Shown piece after piece: positions 36,076 through 49,671 of a DNA stretch of 64,000 nt; positions within the stretch are counted from its first letter, which is position 1; every line of letters starts with the position of its first letter. The DNA is taken from contig OZ024740.1 in the NCBI GenBank assembly GCA_964016885.1, positions 144,894,001-144,958,000 on the forward strand, read 5' to 3'. The position numbers and the translations under genes were made by a program. The DNA is from Eledone cirrhosa (Eukaryota). A model generated the notes under the pieces. The model searched no databases. It was not told the DNA's origin and saw nothing but the letters and a program-made list of their open reading frames with translations.

Positions 36076-37055
36076 TAACCTTGCTACAGCTGTTAAACCC
36101 GCTGAAGATATTGACGACCCAACTGCCTTTAACTCACCCCCACCCCCGAATAGAAAGCAAAGCTCAATGAAACATTAAGTCTCTACTAATTCATAACGAC
36201 GAGTTATCAGCTCTACACCTATCCCTACCTCCACCACATCAAACCCATCTGTTATCTACTACAAATACATAAAGTTAACAATTTACGGTGATAACTTTTT
36301 TACATTTTTACATACTGTAAGGTTCAATAATTTTATAAAATATATATCTCTGTAAACAATATTCTTTTTAGAACTTCTGGGCAATATAGGAATTTTGAAT
36401 TTTCATGCTAACTTAAAGCTAACAGCTTCAACGTACGCCTTTGACAATGAAAAGTCTAACTTGAGCATATAAGCTCCTGGAGATTCATTCTACAATTTCT
36501 TTTTGTCACTTAGATTAGTTTTCATAGTAAAAAACGGGGTCAACTTCTTGATATTATGCTCCTAAAATTCAAGTATAGTACTGAGAAATGTGAGCAAGAA
36601 GACATTTTAAACATGTAAATACAGATGAAATATGAAATAAACACTTCAAATTATTTAACCAGCCACAGAAGTTTTGGCCGAGCATACGCATCGAATTTCA
36701 AGTTAGTAATTTTCACAGATTTTTTATTTGGATAGAAAACTGGGTGCAGATTTTGGATAGGCGCTTGAGAAATCTAAGTGGGCTCCATCGTATTGAATAG
36801 AGGATCTTGCATGAGTCTTTGATTGGATGCCCTCCCCCTCCCTTCATTCCACTGAGGTTATTCTAACGCCAAAATGAGCGGAGTTAGATGATTAGCTGAA
36901 TTACGGTGAGGGTGAAGAGACAAAGGAAACCATGCAGAAATGAAAAATTGTAGGGAGGAAAAGAGAGAAGAGAAAATAGAGAGGAACCTGGGAAGAGGAA
37001 AGAGAAGAAAAAGTGGAAGGAGTGAAAAACAGGCTGGTTGACTGATCCCTTAGAT

Positions 37056-37222
37056 CAGGGTTTCCCAAACTTTTTCAAACGCAGAACACTTTTTGGTTCA
37101 GAAACTTTTGAGGGAACCCCAAAGTCTAATACTGTTATATGGTCGTAATATAAATATACTCCTCTACCTTTTTTCACGGAACCCCTGACACTCCTTTGTG
37201 GAACCCACTTTGGGAACCACTG
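37056..37222. mobile_element. hAT-Charlie-type MITE (167 bp)
   Basis: TIRs CAGGGTTTCCCAAA / TTTGGGAACCACTG; 8-bp TSD CCTTAGAT / CCATAGAT. Confidence 0.88.
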
Positions 37223-37480
37223 CCATAGATCCACTTTACCTTTATCAACGCCGTCTCACCTACTTTTGGTCTTCTTCACAGCCAAAATGCGGCGCGTGGT
37301 TCAATTTGATATCTCCTCTTCATCAACCAGCACCTTTATATCTTTATGATTCGAATTAATCATATTCTTCTTCCTGTTTACTGAAGTGAAGTAAAGTTAT
37401 ATATCTAACCCAAATTATTGTATTTGCCGTGTTTATCATCCTCTTTCATAACAACCACTAACTTCGCTTCTAGTCTACTA

Positions 37481-37704
<224 letters not shown>

Positions 37705-37747
37705 AGATCGGAGGCCATATTCAGTTAGTTCAGGTTTATTTAAAACT

Positions 37748-37805
37748 CCGTTATACATATTTCACTGAGGACTATCAACTTAGGTAGCCTGAGCTCTTCA
37801 GACGG
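37748..37805 (-). ncRNA. Candidate minimal type I hammerhead ribozyme
   Basis: Minus strand reads CCGU-CUGAAGA-[stem II GCUCAGGCUACC...GAUAGUCCUCAGU]-GAA-A-UAUGUA-U-A-ACGG. Core intact, stem I CCGU/ACGG, near-palindromic stem III, AUA cleavage triplet. Confidence 0.7.
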
Positions 37806-37835
37806 CAACACCTAATATAAACATTGAAAGTTCCC

Positions 37836-37937
37836 AATAAACCTTTAAATTTGGGAAAATCCAATAATTCCCCCGTATCATGAACAAATATCTTTTTCGG
37901 GGAAATTATTGGATTTTTCAAAACTTAAAGGGTTATT
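37836..37937. repeat. Inverted repeat, 40-bp arms with 5 mismatches, 22-bp loop
   Basis: 37836-37875 compared with the reverse complement of 37898-37937. Confidence 0.9.
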
Positions 37938-37987
37938 ACGAAGATGGTGTAGGACAGAACAAAGGAGAGACACAAGATAAAAACCTA

Positions 37988-38030
37988 GTCACTGAGGAGG
38001 TCACAGAATGTGCAACGAAAGAGCTTTGAC
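37988..38030 (+). ncRNA. Candidate minimal type I hammerhead ribozyme
   Basis: GUCA-CUGAGGA-[G..CACA GAA UGUG..C]-GAA-A-GAGC-U-U-UGAC. Core intact, stem I GUCA/UGAC, stem II imperfect. Confidence 0.55.
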
Positions 38031-38212
38031 AATATATAAACAACCAACCGGTTATCGAACCAACCAGCCAACCGGAAATTTATAATAAATTGAAGCGAAA
38101 ACCAGAAATGCGTGTGTTTTTGTTGGCAGAATGACCCTCCGAAAGTATAACAATATCTGTTTCAACACACGTTTTCAGATAAGAAATTTTGCAAAACAAA
38201 TTAAAAAATGAA

Positions 38213-38246
<34 letters not shown>

Positions 38247-39034
38247 TAATCGAGATATTTTCGACTAGCTGTAGGTAAAATGATACGGTGCACTGACTTG
38301 ACAGGCAATTCAGTAATGTAACATTGGAAAAAATATGTTTTACATGAGAAGTTGAATTGTGTATACGGAGTCAAGTACAATAGAATAGATTTAAATGCTG
38401 TTATACAGTGTCACACATATATTTATTTATATGTCTACATACATATAATCTTAAGCATGTGACATTTACACACACACAAAGACGTGTGTGTGTGTGGATG
38501 TATTTTTAGGATATTAGTATCAGTGTATATATATATTATCAAGAATGACAATAAATGCAGGTGAGTGTTGTGACGTGGTTTTACTTCACAGAAGTCAAAT
38601 AAATTAATATAAATAATTTTTACCACATGTTGATGTTCAGTTGGTCACAACTCCCAGACTGGAGTGTGTAGAGAAGAACAGAAATCTTCTCTTGGGGGTG
38701 TTCTTCTTGTTCCTTCGAAGTTTAGGATGCGAGAGAGTTATGCCTTGATTGTCCTCAAATATATAGTCCCCAGGGGGATGCAACTCCATTTAGTACATGG
38801 ATCTGCCACTGAGAGTCGCGACCGTCACAAAGGGACGCACCTCCTATACGTGCTGAGTTACAGCCGTAAGGGGCCGCTACATATTTATATATATAAAAAC
38901 TAAAAGAGAATTTTAGATGTACAGCATTGTAAACATTGGTGTGATATATATAATTATACGTAGATACACACTAACATATAAATGTTTTTCAATGTATTCA
39001 GAAAGAGAAAAGTATCATCAAGAGACAGAAGTAT

Positions 39035-39520
39035 CATTGGAATGGACCTCTGTCGGTTTTAGCGATGAATATTCCAGTTGTTCGAGATTGCTCATGAAAT
39101 TAATGTGAACATTCCACAGACTCGTGTACCCTTAACTCAGTGTCGGATTTATCATTGTGCTTAGGTGTGCTAAGTACAGGGCCCCGTTAGCCAGTGGAGC
39201 CCATCTTCCTGTCCCCAACATTTTTTATGGTGAAATTTCCAAATGTTTAGGACCTCATAACTTAACCAGCACAGGGCCTCATTTGTCCTAAATCCGGCAC
39301 TGCCTTAACGTAAATATCAGGGAGATTCAGCGTGAGAGTGTGACAATGGATTACAGATACTGACTCCACAGTGTTTCCGTCTACCCAATTTCACTCACAA
39401 AGTATGGGGTTACCCAACGCTATGGTAAATGTTACAGGTCCAAGATGTCATGCAGTGATATCGAATCCGGAACCTAAGGATTGTGAAGCGAACTTCTTAA
39501 CCATTCGGTCACGCTGCGTC
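39035..39520 (-). mobile_element. tRNA-derived SINE (family B) interrupted by a hAT MITE
   Basis: Colinear with the uninterrupted copy at 49890-50230; tRNA-like head at the right end on the minus strand. Confidence 0.7.
39138..39302. mobile_element. hAT MITE (165 bp)
   Basis: TIRs CAGTGTCGGATTT / AAATCCGGCACTG; TSD CCTTAACT / CCTTAACG. Confidence 0.88.
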
Positions 39521-40078
39521 CAAGGTAGTGTCTTTTTAGCAAATTATTTGGAAGTAGTTATCTTGGCCAAACTTAATCTGCTTAAGTGGACTCTCTATCA
39601 GTTTGCCAAATATCGAAAAACGAAATTTAATTATTAATGACTGCTTTGTTCGGCAAATAATAGATGAGTACAGAAGTATATTCTCAGTAGAAAGACATGG
39701 TTTATGTTGGACTCGGTAGAATCAAGAAAGAGTAGTTTTAGTTATTTACAAACAATACAATGAATATTTGAGATAAAAGATGCCACGATCAATTCCAAAA
39801 CAAATATAGTTATATAAAAATGCTATATTGAATATTTCTGATGTCAATTTGTTTATAGGAAAAAACAAACAAACAAAACATTTTTCTAAAAAACAAATGT
39901 AAAATTTAAGTAATACTGTAGTTAACGTTTATAAAATAAACTGACATCGAGAGATTACACCGCCGGTACTCAGGACCGGATTTTATAATGGGAGAAGTGG
40001 GGGGACAAGGGGGGTTATTCCTGGAGCCCCTGCGGTGGGGGGCCCCACATCGACGGCCGTAGCAATTTATTTGTGCCT

Positions 40079-40530
40079 TCAGCTGGGCTTTTTGGTTTTA
40101 TCCAACCATCTTGCTTGGAGTCTACCCCTGGGTCTCCTGTCGGTTGGTTTTGCCCATAAAATCTGTCCAGCGATTCTTTCCCGAGACATTATAACCACAT
40201 GCCCATAGTATAAGAACTGTGATCTCCCAGTTCGATGAAGTAGCGACTCTACCTGGAGTGACTCTCTGATCTCCGAGCTATGCACTCTATCGAGTAACGT
40301 TACTACAAAGACTTCGATGGAACCCCATTTCGGCCGCTTGTATTCTTTCAGTCATTACCCAAGATTCATGATCATAAGTAAGAGTTGGCACGAATACCGA
40401 ATTGAAGACAGCGAATTTGGTTTTTTCACCTACCTCCCTTCTTCTAATTACTGCATGCTGAAGCTAGCGCATTACTGCACCAGTTCCTGCAATTCTTGCA
40501 TTTAATTCAGCCTCCTGCTTTCCACCACTT
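40079..40530 (-). mobile_element. RTE-type LINE fragments (3' end of ORF)
   Basis: SSEIRESLQVESLL...YYGHV...RRPRGR...RWLD is the characteristic RTE C-terminus. Confidence 0.7.
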
Positions 40531-40674
40531 TTTTTTTTTTATTTTTAAATAGAAAAAATACTTGTGGAAATAAAGTTGAAATGGTTAGGCCTGCCGTTGG
40601 GATTCTATCTTTCCACTATATATATTGAAAGCAATAACAAAACAGTTTCTTTTTTAGTACAGTATACTCTCCAT

Positions 40675-40840
40675 AGCGAATTGGCAGAATCGGTAGAACG
40701 TCTGATAGAATGTTTTGCGGTATCTGTGCCGGCTCTCTGCGCTCTGAGCCCAAATCCTGCCAAGGTGAGCTTTGCTTTTCGTCTTTTCGAGGTCGATAAG
40801 TAAAGTACTAGTCCAGTACTGGAGTCGATTCTCCCCCTTT
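40675..40840 (+). mobile_element. SINE family A copy; further copies at ~47150-47270, 47560-47690 and 57680-57800
   Basis: TGGCAGAATCGGTAGA head and TTTGCTTTTCGTCTTTTCGAGGTCGATAA body; reverse complement of the 50730-50943 copy. Confidence 0.7.
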
Positions 40841-41019
40841 ATCTTTTTCTCACTTCCCCTCTCTCTTTCTGGAAGAAATGGGCTGTGGTACGACTAAGAA
40901 ACATGCTGTATGTCACTGCGACACCCACTACGACTCCAACAGGAGTTACAGATCAAGCGATCCATCTATCCATCCCTCCATCTATCTACCCATCCATCCA
41001 TCCAACATGTTTAATAATT

Positions 41020-41130
41020 GTTTCTACCTACTTTTGGCACAAGGCCAGCAATTATCCCAGTACATTACTGGTACTTTATTTTATCGACCCCGTAAGGATG
41101 AAAGGCAAAGTTAACCTCGGCGGGATTTGA
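41020..41130 (-). mobile_element. SINE family A short-form 3' fragment
   Basis: Near-identical to 28430-28530. Confidence 0.8.
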
Positions 41131-41179
41131 AAACACTTGAGTGGCCAAACATGTTAAACTCTGAGTGACTGATTACGCT

Positions 41180-41282
41180 CAGTGCCGGATTTAGGACAAA
41201 TGAGGCCCTGTAAAAGGAGGTAGGCCCGGTAAAAATATTTTTGGGGTCCTGTACTTAAGCACACCTAAGCACAATGGTACTG
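41180..41282. mobile_element. Deleted copy of the 39138 hAT MITE, opposite orientation
   Basis: Shares CAGTGCCGGATTTAGGACAAATGAGGCCCTG and GCACACCTAAGCACAATG; TSD ATTACGCT / GTTACGTT. Confidence 0.75.
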
Positions 41283-42079
41283 GTTACGTTGAAAATTATT
41301 TCAGACGTAATTCTAAGCGATTAACAATCGGTATTGGAAGAGGATATTTCTGTTGAAATTCCAGAAATACGAACTTGCTTTGAGTCGACAATTGAACTAG
41401 ATTTTCGGTGACAAATAGAGAAGAAATATTTGCAATATTTTATTTACGTTAATATTTGTATATTATGTTTTATACGAGAATTTTTTCTTTTTTCTTTTTT
41501 AAAAATGAAATCCTTATATTTTTTTAAAATTACTTTTCCTGGATAATCTTAACAAAGATGAAAGCCATTAAAGAAACATTCCTTTGAATTCATTTAACTT
41601 AGTATAACATTATTTCAAAATACACAAAAGTATGAAATTTAATATAAAAAAGCTGTAATTATATTTATTTTGTCATAATGTGCACATATTTTAATGTAAA
41701 GAATAATATATATGCTGACATATTTGTCTTTATGTATTGGACCGAATGTTACAGACAAATTTTATGATTTCTTTAACTTCTTGAAAATATAAACATTATA
41801 ATTTACTTTAAAATCTTTTTCTCTTTTTTTTTATTTTGAAATGTATATATAGCATTAGTTGCTATTTCTAATATCTGAAGTATGTTTTCATCGTTGCTTT
41901 GTCTTTCATTCTTTAGTGGGGTGTTTTGTGTGTGCGTACGTTTGAGCTGTACTATTTGTGAAAGAAGTGCCTGTTGTATGCTGGGTATGGAACGAACAGT
42001 GTATAGGTACATCAAACGCCCGTGTAAAATTAAAACACATTAATTGAACGTGCGAAAGAAATCAAAGAATGATAGCGAT

Positions 42080-42660
42080 GCAATCCTCCGCGTTACGGAA
42101 ATATAATGTTCAATGAAAATTGTGCCGTAACACGAAACCGATTTTCCGATTAATTTTCATGTTAAGTTGAAATGCTTTCCGACGGAAGTTTCTTTTTTTT
42201 TTTTGGTTTTCGAAGACAACAAATGAAACAAGTTATACAACCACTTTTATACATGAAAATTACAATTTTTTAATACTTACAGTACAGTAATTATTTTATG
42301 TTTACGATGAACCATCTTTTCGTTCAGCTCAGTATAGGAACTGAGGACAGTATGAATTCCTTCCTTACTTTTTATGTTGCGTTCACGATTAGGATCATTA
42401 TCAGTAAACACTTTCAGACCTTCATCTATATGTACTAACCCTTTTGCAATATTCTTTGTAGTGAACTTAGGTAGAATGGAGAGACCTCTGTCGTCTTCTT
42501 GCCCTGCAGCTCACTCTTGTTTTATCAGGATCAAATCCTAATGAGACAAACTTTCTTTATGAGACTTTAGCAACTCAACCATACCACCTACAACGTCTTC
42601 AAACCCTACATAATTTGCCAGTATCAAATTAGATGAAGATTTTCTGTTTGTAGAAAACTT
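42080..42660 (-). mobile_element. Tigger/pogo transposase C-terminus and probable terminal sequence
   Basis: Minus translation GFEDVVGGMVELLKSHKESLS...PKFTTKNIAKG...NDPNRER resembles Tigger C-termini. Confidence 0.65.
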
Positions 42661-42784
42661 GTAAAGTCGTGGATGCAGTCTCGTTTTTTTTTTGTTTTTT
42701 TTTTTACCCGAATACCATACATACATAGCTGAAGATTTTACTTCATTCCATGACATGCACAGCATATATAATGTTGAACCTTTT

Positions 42785-43010
42785 CCAGCAGTCTCGAATC
42801 GTGAGTTTGATTCCTGGACTGGGCGACGCATTATGTACTTGAGCAAGACACTTTATTTCACGTGGCTTCCAGTCTACTCGGCTGGAAAAAAATGAGTAGC
42901 GACGACCCTGGTGCCAAGTTGTATCGGCCTTTGCCTTCAGTATGGAGATTGCTGGTCTTCCATAAAACACCTTGCCCAGGTTTGCACGCTGTACAATCTC
43001 GTGGGCCAAT
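42785..43010 (+). mobile_element. tRNA-derived SINE (family B head/core); related copies at 59885-59990 (-), 63270-63440 and 63893-64000
   Basis: B-box-like GAGTTTGATTCC followed by the shared core TTGAGCAAGACACTTTATTTCACG. Confidence 0.75.
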
Positions 43011-43799
43011 TATGACAGAAGGAGCCCCTCCTCCTCAAGTTATCAGATAGTACAGGGTGACCCACCCTCCAAAATGGCCCCATTATTATCATTATTTTTG
43101 TCTACATCACAGGTTCTCAACCCATTTAGGCAAAACGAAACGCCCCCTATCCTATTTTTACATTTTTCAATATACTACTGATTTTGATATCAGTAGATTA
43201 CTAAAAAATTGATTAACAATATTCCAAAGATACCATTGCAGGCAGCTGAGAGTATAAATACATTCCTTGAACATAAATGTTCTTTTTTATGAATAAGGAC
43301 CAGTTGAATTTGTTATATTCCCACCAGGCAATACCAGCTATTTTGAACATTTATACAATAGCAATTCTGTCTATCCCAAGAGTGCTCTTATCTGGAAGAA
43401 AGTGGCAATTATATCATTTCAAAGCTTTCCAATTTTCCTTTTAATGAAACGGACAGAATAAATGTTGATATCTAACTTGATGTCCCCTCTGCTTTGTGAG
43501 CTTAGGGGCCACGGAAGAGGGTTTTCATGACCACGCGGGAGGGTATATTTATTAGTAAATGGTAAAATATATACAACAAATGAGTAAGTGAATTGTAGTA
43601 GATGGTTTCCAGTCCAGTCAGACTGCAACTACAAATAAAAAAAATTGTTAGTTTGCTTTGTAACAATAGCATATCCAAGTTTTTGGATAAATCAACTTAC
43701 TTTAACTTTGACTCATTTCAATGGAACTCTTGAGCTTTATGGAATCTAGCTAACTCTTTGACGTGAGACTGAATTTTCCTAAGATGTAGCCAGAGATCT

Positions 43800-44745
43800 C
43801 CACGTGTAATTACATTGTAGCGGTTGCGAGCCTTACTGTGCAGTCTGGAAACAGCACCAAACCTCCTCTCGATTAAGTATGAGCTTGGAAAAGGCAGAGC
43901 AAATCTCTTAGCCTCTGCATGTAGGTGTGGAAATCAACGGTAAATTTCCTCATGCATCCCCAAAAGGGGTTCACCTATTTTGGGAAATCTAATTTTGATC
44001 ATGTCATCTGCTTGAAGTTCAATGAATTCTTCCTGAAATTTAACGTCCAAATCGTCGACGTTAGCTATGAAGGGATCTGCTATCCACATTGGGATGTCCA
44101 TCGGCAAAAGGTCGACAAACCGTTCTCTCATGTTGTCTTGTAGCGCACAGAGGTGAGTGGTATAAATTTGGAGTTGGTCATCGCTTACAATGTTTTGAAC
44201 ATTGGCGACACTAGGAAAATTATAGAATTCCCGTCAACAAAGATTCCTTTCGATCACATTCAATTTGGCCAGGAATGTTTTCACAGGATTCCTTGCTTTA
44301 AGCAAGGTGATCTTCTTCTCCTGTAAAGCCAAAATGACGCTATTGAATTTGTCGAAGATGTTGGTGAGGTAGGCGCAGTCTTGCCTCACATCGAGGGTTT
44401 TTTTTAAAATACAATTCTGTGTTGCGTCCTCGCAGAAACTCAATGATAGAGTCGAAGAGTTCAAAGAAGTGAGTAAAGCACTTGCCCTTTGAAAGCCACC
44501 TCACTTCAGTATAAAGGAGCAACTTGACGAATTCTTCGTCATTATCGTTCATTGAGGGAATGTCGTTTGATAAAATTGATGACATCAATGGCCACCTGCA
44601 AGGACTTGCTCAGCGGCTTGCTGAGTTTCTTCGCAGCCAAGTGTTGTCGATGAAGACACAATGAACAGCCAATACAGATAGATTTTCTCTCTTCAGAAGA
44701 GTGACGAAGCCCCTATGTTGACCTTGCGTCGTCCGTAGCACATGA
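43800..44745 (-). mobile_element. hAT Charlie/Buster-type transposase remnant
   Basis: HCLHRQHLAAKKL, LLLYTEVRWLSKG and PFPSSYLIERGF motifs, frameshifted. Possible TIR CAGGTTCTCAACC near 43109. Confidence 0.85.
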
Positions 44746-44750
44746 TACAA

Positions 44751-44910
44751 TGTGTGTTGTATGTGGTCCTAGATGTATGTATTACCTGCCTGTGTGTTGT
44801 ATGTAGTCCTAGATGTATGTATTACCTGCTTATGTATTGCATATGGTCCCAGCTGTATGTATTACCTGCTTGTGTGTTGTATGTGGTCCTAGATGTGTGT
44901 GCTACCCGCT
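44751..44910. repeat. 40-bp minisatellite, 4 copies (TGTGTGTTGTATGTGGTCCTAGATGTATGTATTACCTGCC)
   Basis: Direct reading. Confidence 0.9.
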
Positions 44911-45479
44911 TCTGTTTTTTCTTTTCTTTTTTTTTAATTTGTAATATTATTTATGCAATAGGGAATAAAATAGATCTACATAGTGTTAACTCGTTACGGT
45001 TGAGTCAATAATTTCAGACATGAAATACATTGTTATCGGTGAAGGAAAGATAAGATTCTAACTGGCTGCGCTCAAAGTCTCCTTGATACAGTTGACTGTG
45101 GGTTTTTCCATTTTTAGGATCTCAATTACCGGTTAATGTCTCAATTATCGGACACGCCTGCACACCTGCTCACAGCTGCGGTCAAACTATAGTTATGCTG
45201 TCTGCAAGCTCATTCAAATGCATTCACACTGGCTGTCTCAAAGACATACAAATATGGCTTATAAAACTTACCAAAGTAAAGAGCCTTCCAACTTTGATCA
45301 CACGATTTTCAAAGTTTTTTTTTCCTCCTCATGATTCATTGTAGGTGTGGGGGCTTGTTCAGAACATTCATTAGAAATGTGTACCTCGTTTTTGAAGGAT
45401 TCAGAACTTATTCATTAGAAATTCAGTCTTGCTGTAACCAGGACTTATTCATAAGAAATTTGTAGCTCTATTTTTAAGT

Positions 45480-46273
45480 TTTCTAGGACATCCAAATAGC
45501 GTTCTTTTGTGACTGTAGCAGTGACACCATTTTCTTCGGAAACGGATGGGTCAATCAACCTTCTTTCAGAAATGGCAGCTTAAACCCGTACATTTAGCCG
45601 AATGGAGAGATTTCATAGCCACTCCAGTGGGTTTCTCTGAATCCCAAAACACATTGTTCTTAGAGTTGATCTTTCTTTCTAAGTAAAAGTGGGCTTCATC
45701 TGAAGTCCACAGCAGATTCAGAAAATTTGGGGCGTTTTCCTTCTTCGCCAACTATTTTCTCAGCTATAACCTTTCTCTTTTTCTTATCAGCTACAGTAAG
45801 CTTTTTAGTCTGCATTCTGTTCGGGTACTTCTTTAGATCCACTTTGACAACCCTTCTGCAAGATTCTGTGGAGAGACTCAAGGATTGGCTTCTGCGTAAT
45901 AATCGTTTTGGATTCTGTTTAACAGACTTTCGGACCATGTCAATAACTTCCTACGTACGCTTCCTGTGTCGTCCAGAATGGGTAGGACGATCTTCAGGCA
46001 TTATATTGAGATTTTGGCGCTATGCCATGAATCTCAAACTCCTTCATCCAGTTTTTTATATTGACTTTGAAAGGAAATTTGTCCGTTTCAAAGATAATGC
46101 CTGAAATTGCTCCTGGACCCACTTGTACGATCCATACTTATAGTTTTTCACACAGAAAATCCACTGTTGGAGCTCGTATTGGGTTTTTGTTGTCTTCTCA
46201 GACGTTATATTTGCCATGTATTGAAATTTAAGCTTGATCGGTTAGAAAATAACTATACAGTGACACCATGTAT
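45480..46273 (-). mobile_element. Tc1/mariner transposase remnant (WxSDEAHF type)
   Basis: LWTSDEAHFYLERKINSKNNVFW, HTH region KSVKQNPK, and TIR-like GACACCATGTA ending at 46273. Confidence 0.8.
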
Positions 46274-46279
46274 GACTAG

Positions 46280-46630
46280 AAATTAGGTATCCCACGTTCA
46301 TCCTTTTGGCTGGAGCAAATCAACTGTGTTCTTGTGGATATAGTCTACTTTCACATTGTCAGAAGATCATTTAAGTTCACTGGGTGGAGTGATGCATTGT
46401 TTGAAAGGAGCAATGCTTTGTTTCAAATATTATACATGGCATTGTGCAGTAGGGCAAAACAAAATCTTCGAAAAGGCTCTTAGTTACTCCATGTCTTCTT
46501 ATTTGAACGCCAAATCACAAGTACATTAAACTTAGTGTAGCTCTTCAAAACCCTTGAAATTTTTGAGTGGCACGCAAATAGGGGCTTTAATTTCATATTA
46601 CCAGCAGCATTTCCTCTCAAGAATTCTTGC
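46280..46630 (-). mobile_element. Tigger-like DDE domain remnant
   Basis: GNAAGNMKLKPL...WRSNKKTW, LLLSNNA..HP and LLQPKDERGIPNF (cf. Tigger LIQPMDQGVI). Confidence 0.8.
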
Positions 46631-49258
46631 AGGCACAAACAAAGCCAGGGTAGAAAGTGTCGTCCAGCGATGAGTATTCTTTTTTCAGACATAATGTCTA
46701 AAACTACATTTAATGTGTTCCTTCTTTTTCAAGGCGACAGGGCGTGAGTTAAGGGATATTTGGTTGCGATTTCTAGCAGGCGGAACAATCAGGAAAACGT
46801 AGGGACGCTTCATACTACGGTGGAGTATATAGTTCGCTGAAGATATCTAATAAGACTGAAATACGTCTGTAGTTATTTCTCGTTCTCATCGAAATGATTG
46901 AAAATAGTATTAATCATCAAGCGAAAGTGTATTTTCCTTGCCGTACAATCATTTTTGATTTGTTGTTCTATGTTCACTCTATTAAATGCGTTAACACTGA
47001 ACTATCTATAGTTTTTCCTTTGTCTTTAATAAACATAATTTGTTGAGATTAAATCGGAAATGATACACATATCTAACTTATGCGCAATATCATAAATCAC
47101 AAGACAGAGTAGAGATGAATATATGGATACCAGTATTTGACAGGTATCGACGGAGTGGCAGAGTCATTAGAGCTTTCGATTAAAAATACCCCGGTATTTG
47201 TTTCGATTCATTGCGCTTTGAGTTCAAATCCCGCCGAGATCAACCTTATCTTTCATTCTTTCAAGGTCCATACCCCCCCCTCTCTCCTTCTTTCTCTGGA
47301 AGAATCAGCTGTATTCCAACCAACAGAGAGATGGGTTCCGTCAGATTTAAAATGCTCAAGACATACTGTGTGTGATGGCGGTATCCTTACGACTCTGCCA
47401 GGAGTTAAGTGCTCTATAACTTAATTTGACTACTACTTTTTTTTACCGACCTCGGAATGATGAAATGCAACTAATTTTACCGACTTCGAACGGTGAAAAG
47501 TAAAATTGGCTGCGACATGATTTGAATTCAGAACGTAAAGAATGTAACTATATAACGTCAGGCATTTTGGTCATCTTTTCCTTTAATCCTTCTGAGGTTG
47601 ATAAAATAAAGTACCAGTTAAATACCGGGGTCGATATAATCGACTTTCCCCTCTCCAAAATTGCTTGCTTTGTGCTAATGTAAACTCCGACCAAACTGAT
47701 CCATGACCGGATATATTCCAGCCGAGTCATCTCGTCTTTTTTCAGTCATAGTATATTTAGGATTGCATTTATCAAATGTGTTCTTCTGATTCTTTGTAAA
47801 TTGTACGATGTGATTAGGGAAAGGGTGGGGTGCGTGGGTTGACTGCTACATCTAGCAGGTCTGATGAAATACTAAAGACATATAACGGAATACTCCTATA
47901 TTTTACCGGCGAAGATTCGAAACCGAATCTGAGGTTTCTCGCCTCTGAGACCACCCATTATAGGAAATTTCCCACCATTGTCATGTCAAGGCAACGATGA
48001 TAAACGTACATACCACTTTTACCTCTGATCCCAGCTTCCTGGGAGACGATATCCACATGGCTGATCATAAATCAACCTCATATACACACCCTTCTAACTT
48101 TAGCACTATTATACATTCAAGGAGTTAAGGAATCTAAAGACCAGAGAGACCAAAGCAAGCAGTCCGTGTTAACATTCACGATGTAGCAGACCTTTCACTC
48201 TATCTCTCTCCTGGCCCTTACTGGTTGTCACCTTCTCGACCACAGACACAGCCAGACACGCCTGCCTGACAGATTGGCCACTACTACTACGACAATAATG
48301 TATTCTAAGAATAGGCACACACACACACACATAGTAAGTTCATATTGTTTACATTCTACGCTCACCCTATTCTTCCTGTCATATTGTATCTGTAAGATAG
48401 AACACAACTTTTACTATATCGTTTTCTCTGATACATGCATTCACGCTAGCTCGTAGCAGTTAGCAAATTAATGTAGTGATAATTCATGTCATAAATTTTA
48501 TTACTTGATGTTCAAATTGAATATTGTTATTGTAAAATAAACATTGTTAACAACACAATCCTGGCATTATTCTTTTCATCAAACTATCATACAAAGTATA
48601 TATCACTTATCCACTACAGACCGCTTTGTTGAATCGATGTTATGTTGTAGATTCACTGAGTAAACTGAAGAGTTTTATTTTTAGCTTCAAATCCGCCATA
48701 ATCGAGCAGACCTTTCAAACATTAACCAGCTTTTCTTTTCGTATATCTATCTGAGTACATTGTTCATTGTATCCTTTCTTTTAAACATGACAGAGGGTTA
48801 TTTGGCAGTTATTTTTAGCATGTAGAGTTACAGCATATTTACTTCCTAGTTGGGCGACAGTGTTATGTTGTAACAGTTTTTTTGTACATTTGTTGTTGTA
48901 GATTCTATCAGTAAATTGTAGAAGTCAATGTAGTTCATTTAATTAACGTCGGATTACCAAATGAAATAAATCAACATATAAAATATTTCTATGTACGAAA
49001 GACAAAAGACTATTGCGAATGACAAACGTGGAAAAAACTACAGCAGTTGAGGTTGTTAAATACTTTGGTATCGATAATAATATCAGCTTTGCGATAATAT
49101 ATATAATTAACCACCACAGGAAACTATTTTACTTGTGATCCACTTGTAGTGTTATTTCTCACCGAAACTGTCAAGAAGAAGAAGAAGAAACGAAATAAAA
49201 CATTATTTTAAGAAATATAATTAGTGGCATCTGATGACAGATTTGTAATTAGGTTACC

Positions 49259-49671
49259 TACCCTCGAGCTTCGAATAATCGTCCTACCCTGATTATTAAT
49301 TTTTCAGATTTTCCAAGAAATCCCCCCAACCCCGCTCCTATTCCCCACCACCACCACTTATTAAATTTTGCTATCTATCTTCGGCGAAATTTTATTTTAA
49401 GTGGTAGCATTCCTGCGACAATTAATTTTCTTTATACATTAAAAAAAAAAACATTATACATGACAAAAAAAGTACATTACTAGAAATCGCGTACATTATA
49501 AAATAAATAAGATGGGTTGAGGTCTCAATACGTAAACAGACGACTAATTCGGGGTTTTTTTTTTAATCAACAAAGACAACCTAGAAAAATTACGGATTTT
49601 CCAACACTACCTCCCCCGCTTATTCCAACTCCCCACTTATCCCCTACCCTATTATTTGGGACCCGAGAATA
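49259..49671. mobile_element. TA-flanked MITE (Tc1/mariner-type); second copy at 63475-63798
   Basis: Imperfect TIRs TACCCTCGAGCTTCGAATAAT / ATTATTTGGGACCCGAGAATA; internal AAATTTTGCTATCTATCT...TTTTAAGTGGTAG shared by both copies. Confidence 0.75.

Noticed and set aside
38600-38881. Possible solo LTR ending in CTACA
   Set aside because: No matching TG start or TSD found.
42433-42632. TACTAAC branch point, acceptor and 53-codon + strand frame
   Set aside because: Better explained as the antisense of a Tigger transposase C-terminus.
45359-45480. Three spaced CAGAACTTATTCATTAGAAAT-like repeats (CRISPR-like)
   Set aside because: Spacers 1 and 3 resemble each other, so this is a degenerate tandem repeat; eukaryotic context with no cas genes.
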